This document shows positions 63,699 to 64,000 of a DNA stretch of 64,000 nt, piece after piece. Position numbers and translations under genes: made by a program. The stretch spans positions 8,928-72,927 of the forward strand of contig JAFTTN010000029.1 in NCBI GenBank assembly GCA_017466805.1, written 5' to 3'. This DNA is from Clostridia bacterium (GTDB lineage: Bacteria > Bacillota > Clostridia > Oscillospirales > CAG-382). How positions within the stretch are numbered: position 1 is the first letter of the stretch; the number at the start of each line of letters is the position of its first letter. Below the pieces are notes generated by a model, which was not told the origin of the DNA, ran no database searches, and saw nothing but the letters and a program-made list of their open reading frames with translations.

Positions 63699-64000
63699 AT
63701 GCTTGATAAACTCGCACAAATCGAAAAAAGATATCTCGAAATCGAATCCGCGCTCTCCTCGCCCGAGGTAATGAACGATATGGAGGGCTACAAAAAGTAT
63801 ATGAAGGAGTATAAAAACCTCCTTCCCGTCGTCGAAAAATACCGCGAATATAAAAACGCAGAGCGCGATATTGCCGATGCCGAGGAAATCCTTTCTATCG
63901 AGGACGATCCCGAGCTCCGCGCGCTTGCCGAGGAACAAAAGAACGAAGCCCACGCAAAGCTCGAGCCGCTAATGGACGAGCTTCGCATATTGCTTCTTCC
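63699..64000 (+). CDS. prfA: Peptide chain release factor 1 (5' part, runs off the window)
   Basis: AGGAGG RBS. MLDKLAQIEKRYLEIESALSSPEVMNDMEGYKKYMKEY... is a typical RF1 N-terminus. Not in the ORF track because no stop lies in the window. Confidence 0.85.
   Translation, partial: MLDKLAQIEKRYLEIESALSSPEVMNDMEGYKKYMKEYKNLLPVVEKYREYKNAERDIADAEEILSIEDDPELRALAEEQKNEAHAKLEPLMDELRILLL

Overview
This is a chromosomal window from a spore-forming Clostridia-class Firmicute, based on spo0A, spoIVB, a gerA-type receptor subunit, DUF1292 and the L21-Prp-L27-Obg cluster. A dockerin-bearing secreted protein suggests a Ruminococcus/Oscillospiraceae-like lineage, but that is inference. Most of the window is housekeeping: ptsH, uvrC, rsmD, coaD, asnS, ftsEX with M23 and S41 peptidases, greA, lysS, rsmE, rplU-prp-rpmA-obg and the start of prfA. 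Envelope and surface genes are interspersed: an MBOAT/DHHW O-acylation operon, a GDPD surface protein, a dockerin/beta-helix protein and a 1057-aa repeat protein. There are also small regulatory pairs: SdpR/SdpI, TetR plus an ABC-2 exporter, and an ECF sigma with an anti-sigma-like partner. I saw no rRNA, tRNA, CRISPR array, transposase or integrase.

The observations most worth follow-up are:
1. The lysS 3' end is duplicated as 57-bp perfect direct repeats. They bracket a roughly 1-kb AT-richer single-gene insert with no recombinase.
2. A 29-36-nt palindromic element is nested inside three different terminator hairpins. One locus carries a 277-bp version with 25-bp terminal inverted repeats, which looks MITE-like.
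3. A second roughly 200-bp intergenic repeat family starts immediately after the stop codons of asnS and obg.
4. A roughly 245-nt structured leader plus terminator, of unresolved class, sits upstream of an M20 peptidase gene.
5. A monocistronic 873-aa SF2 helicase with a membrane-spanning C-terminal region lies between spo0A and rplU.
6. Two unrelated surface proteins share a C-terminal DGLG-TM-KKKK tripartite tail.

All family assignments come from reading motifs by eye. No database search was run.
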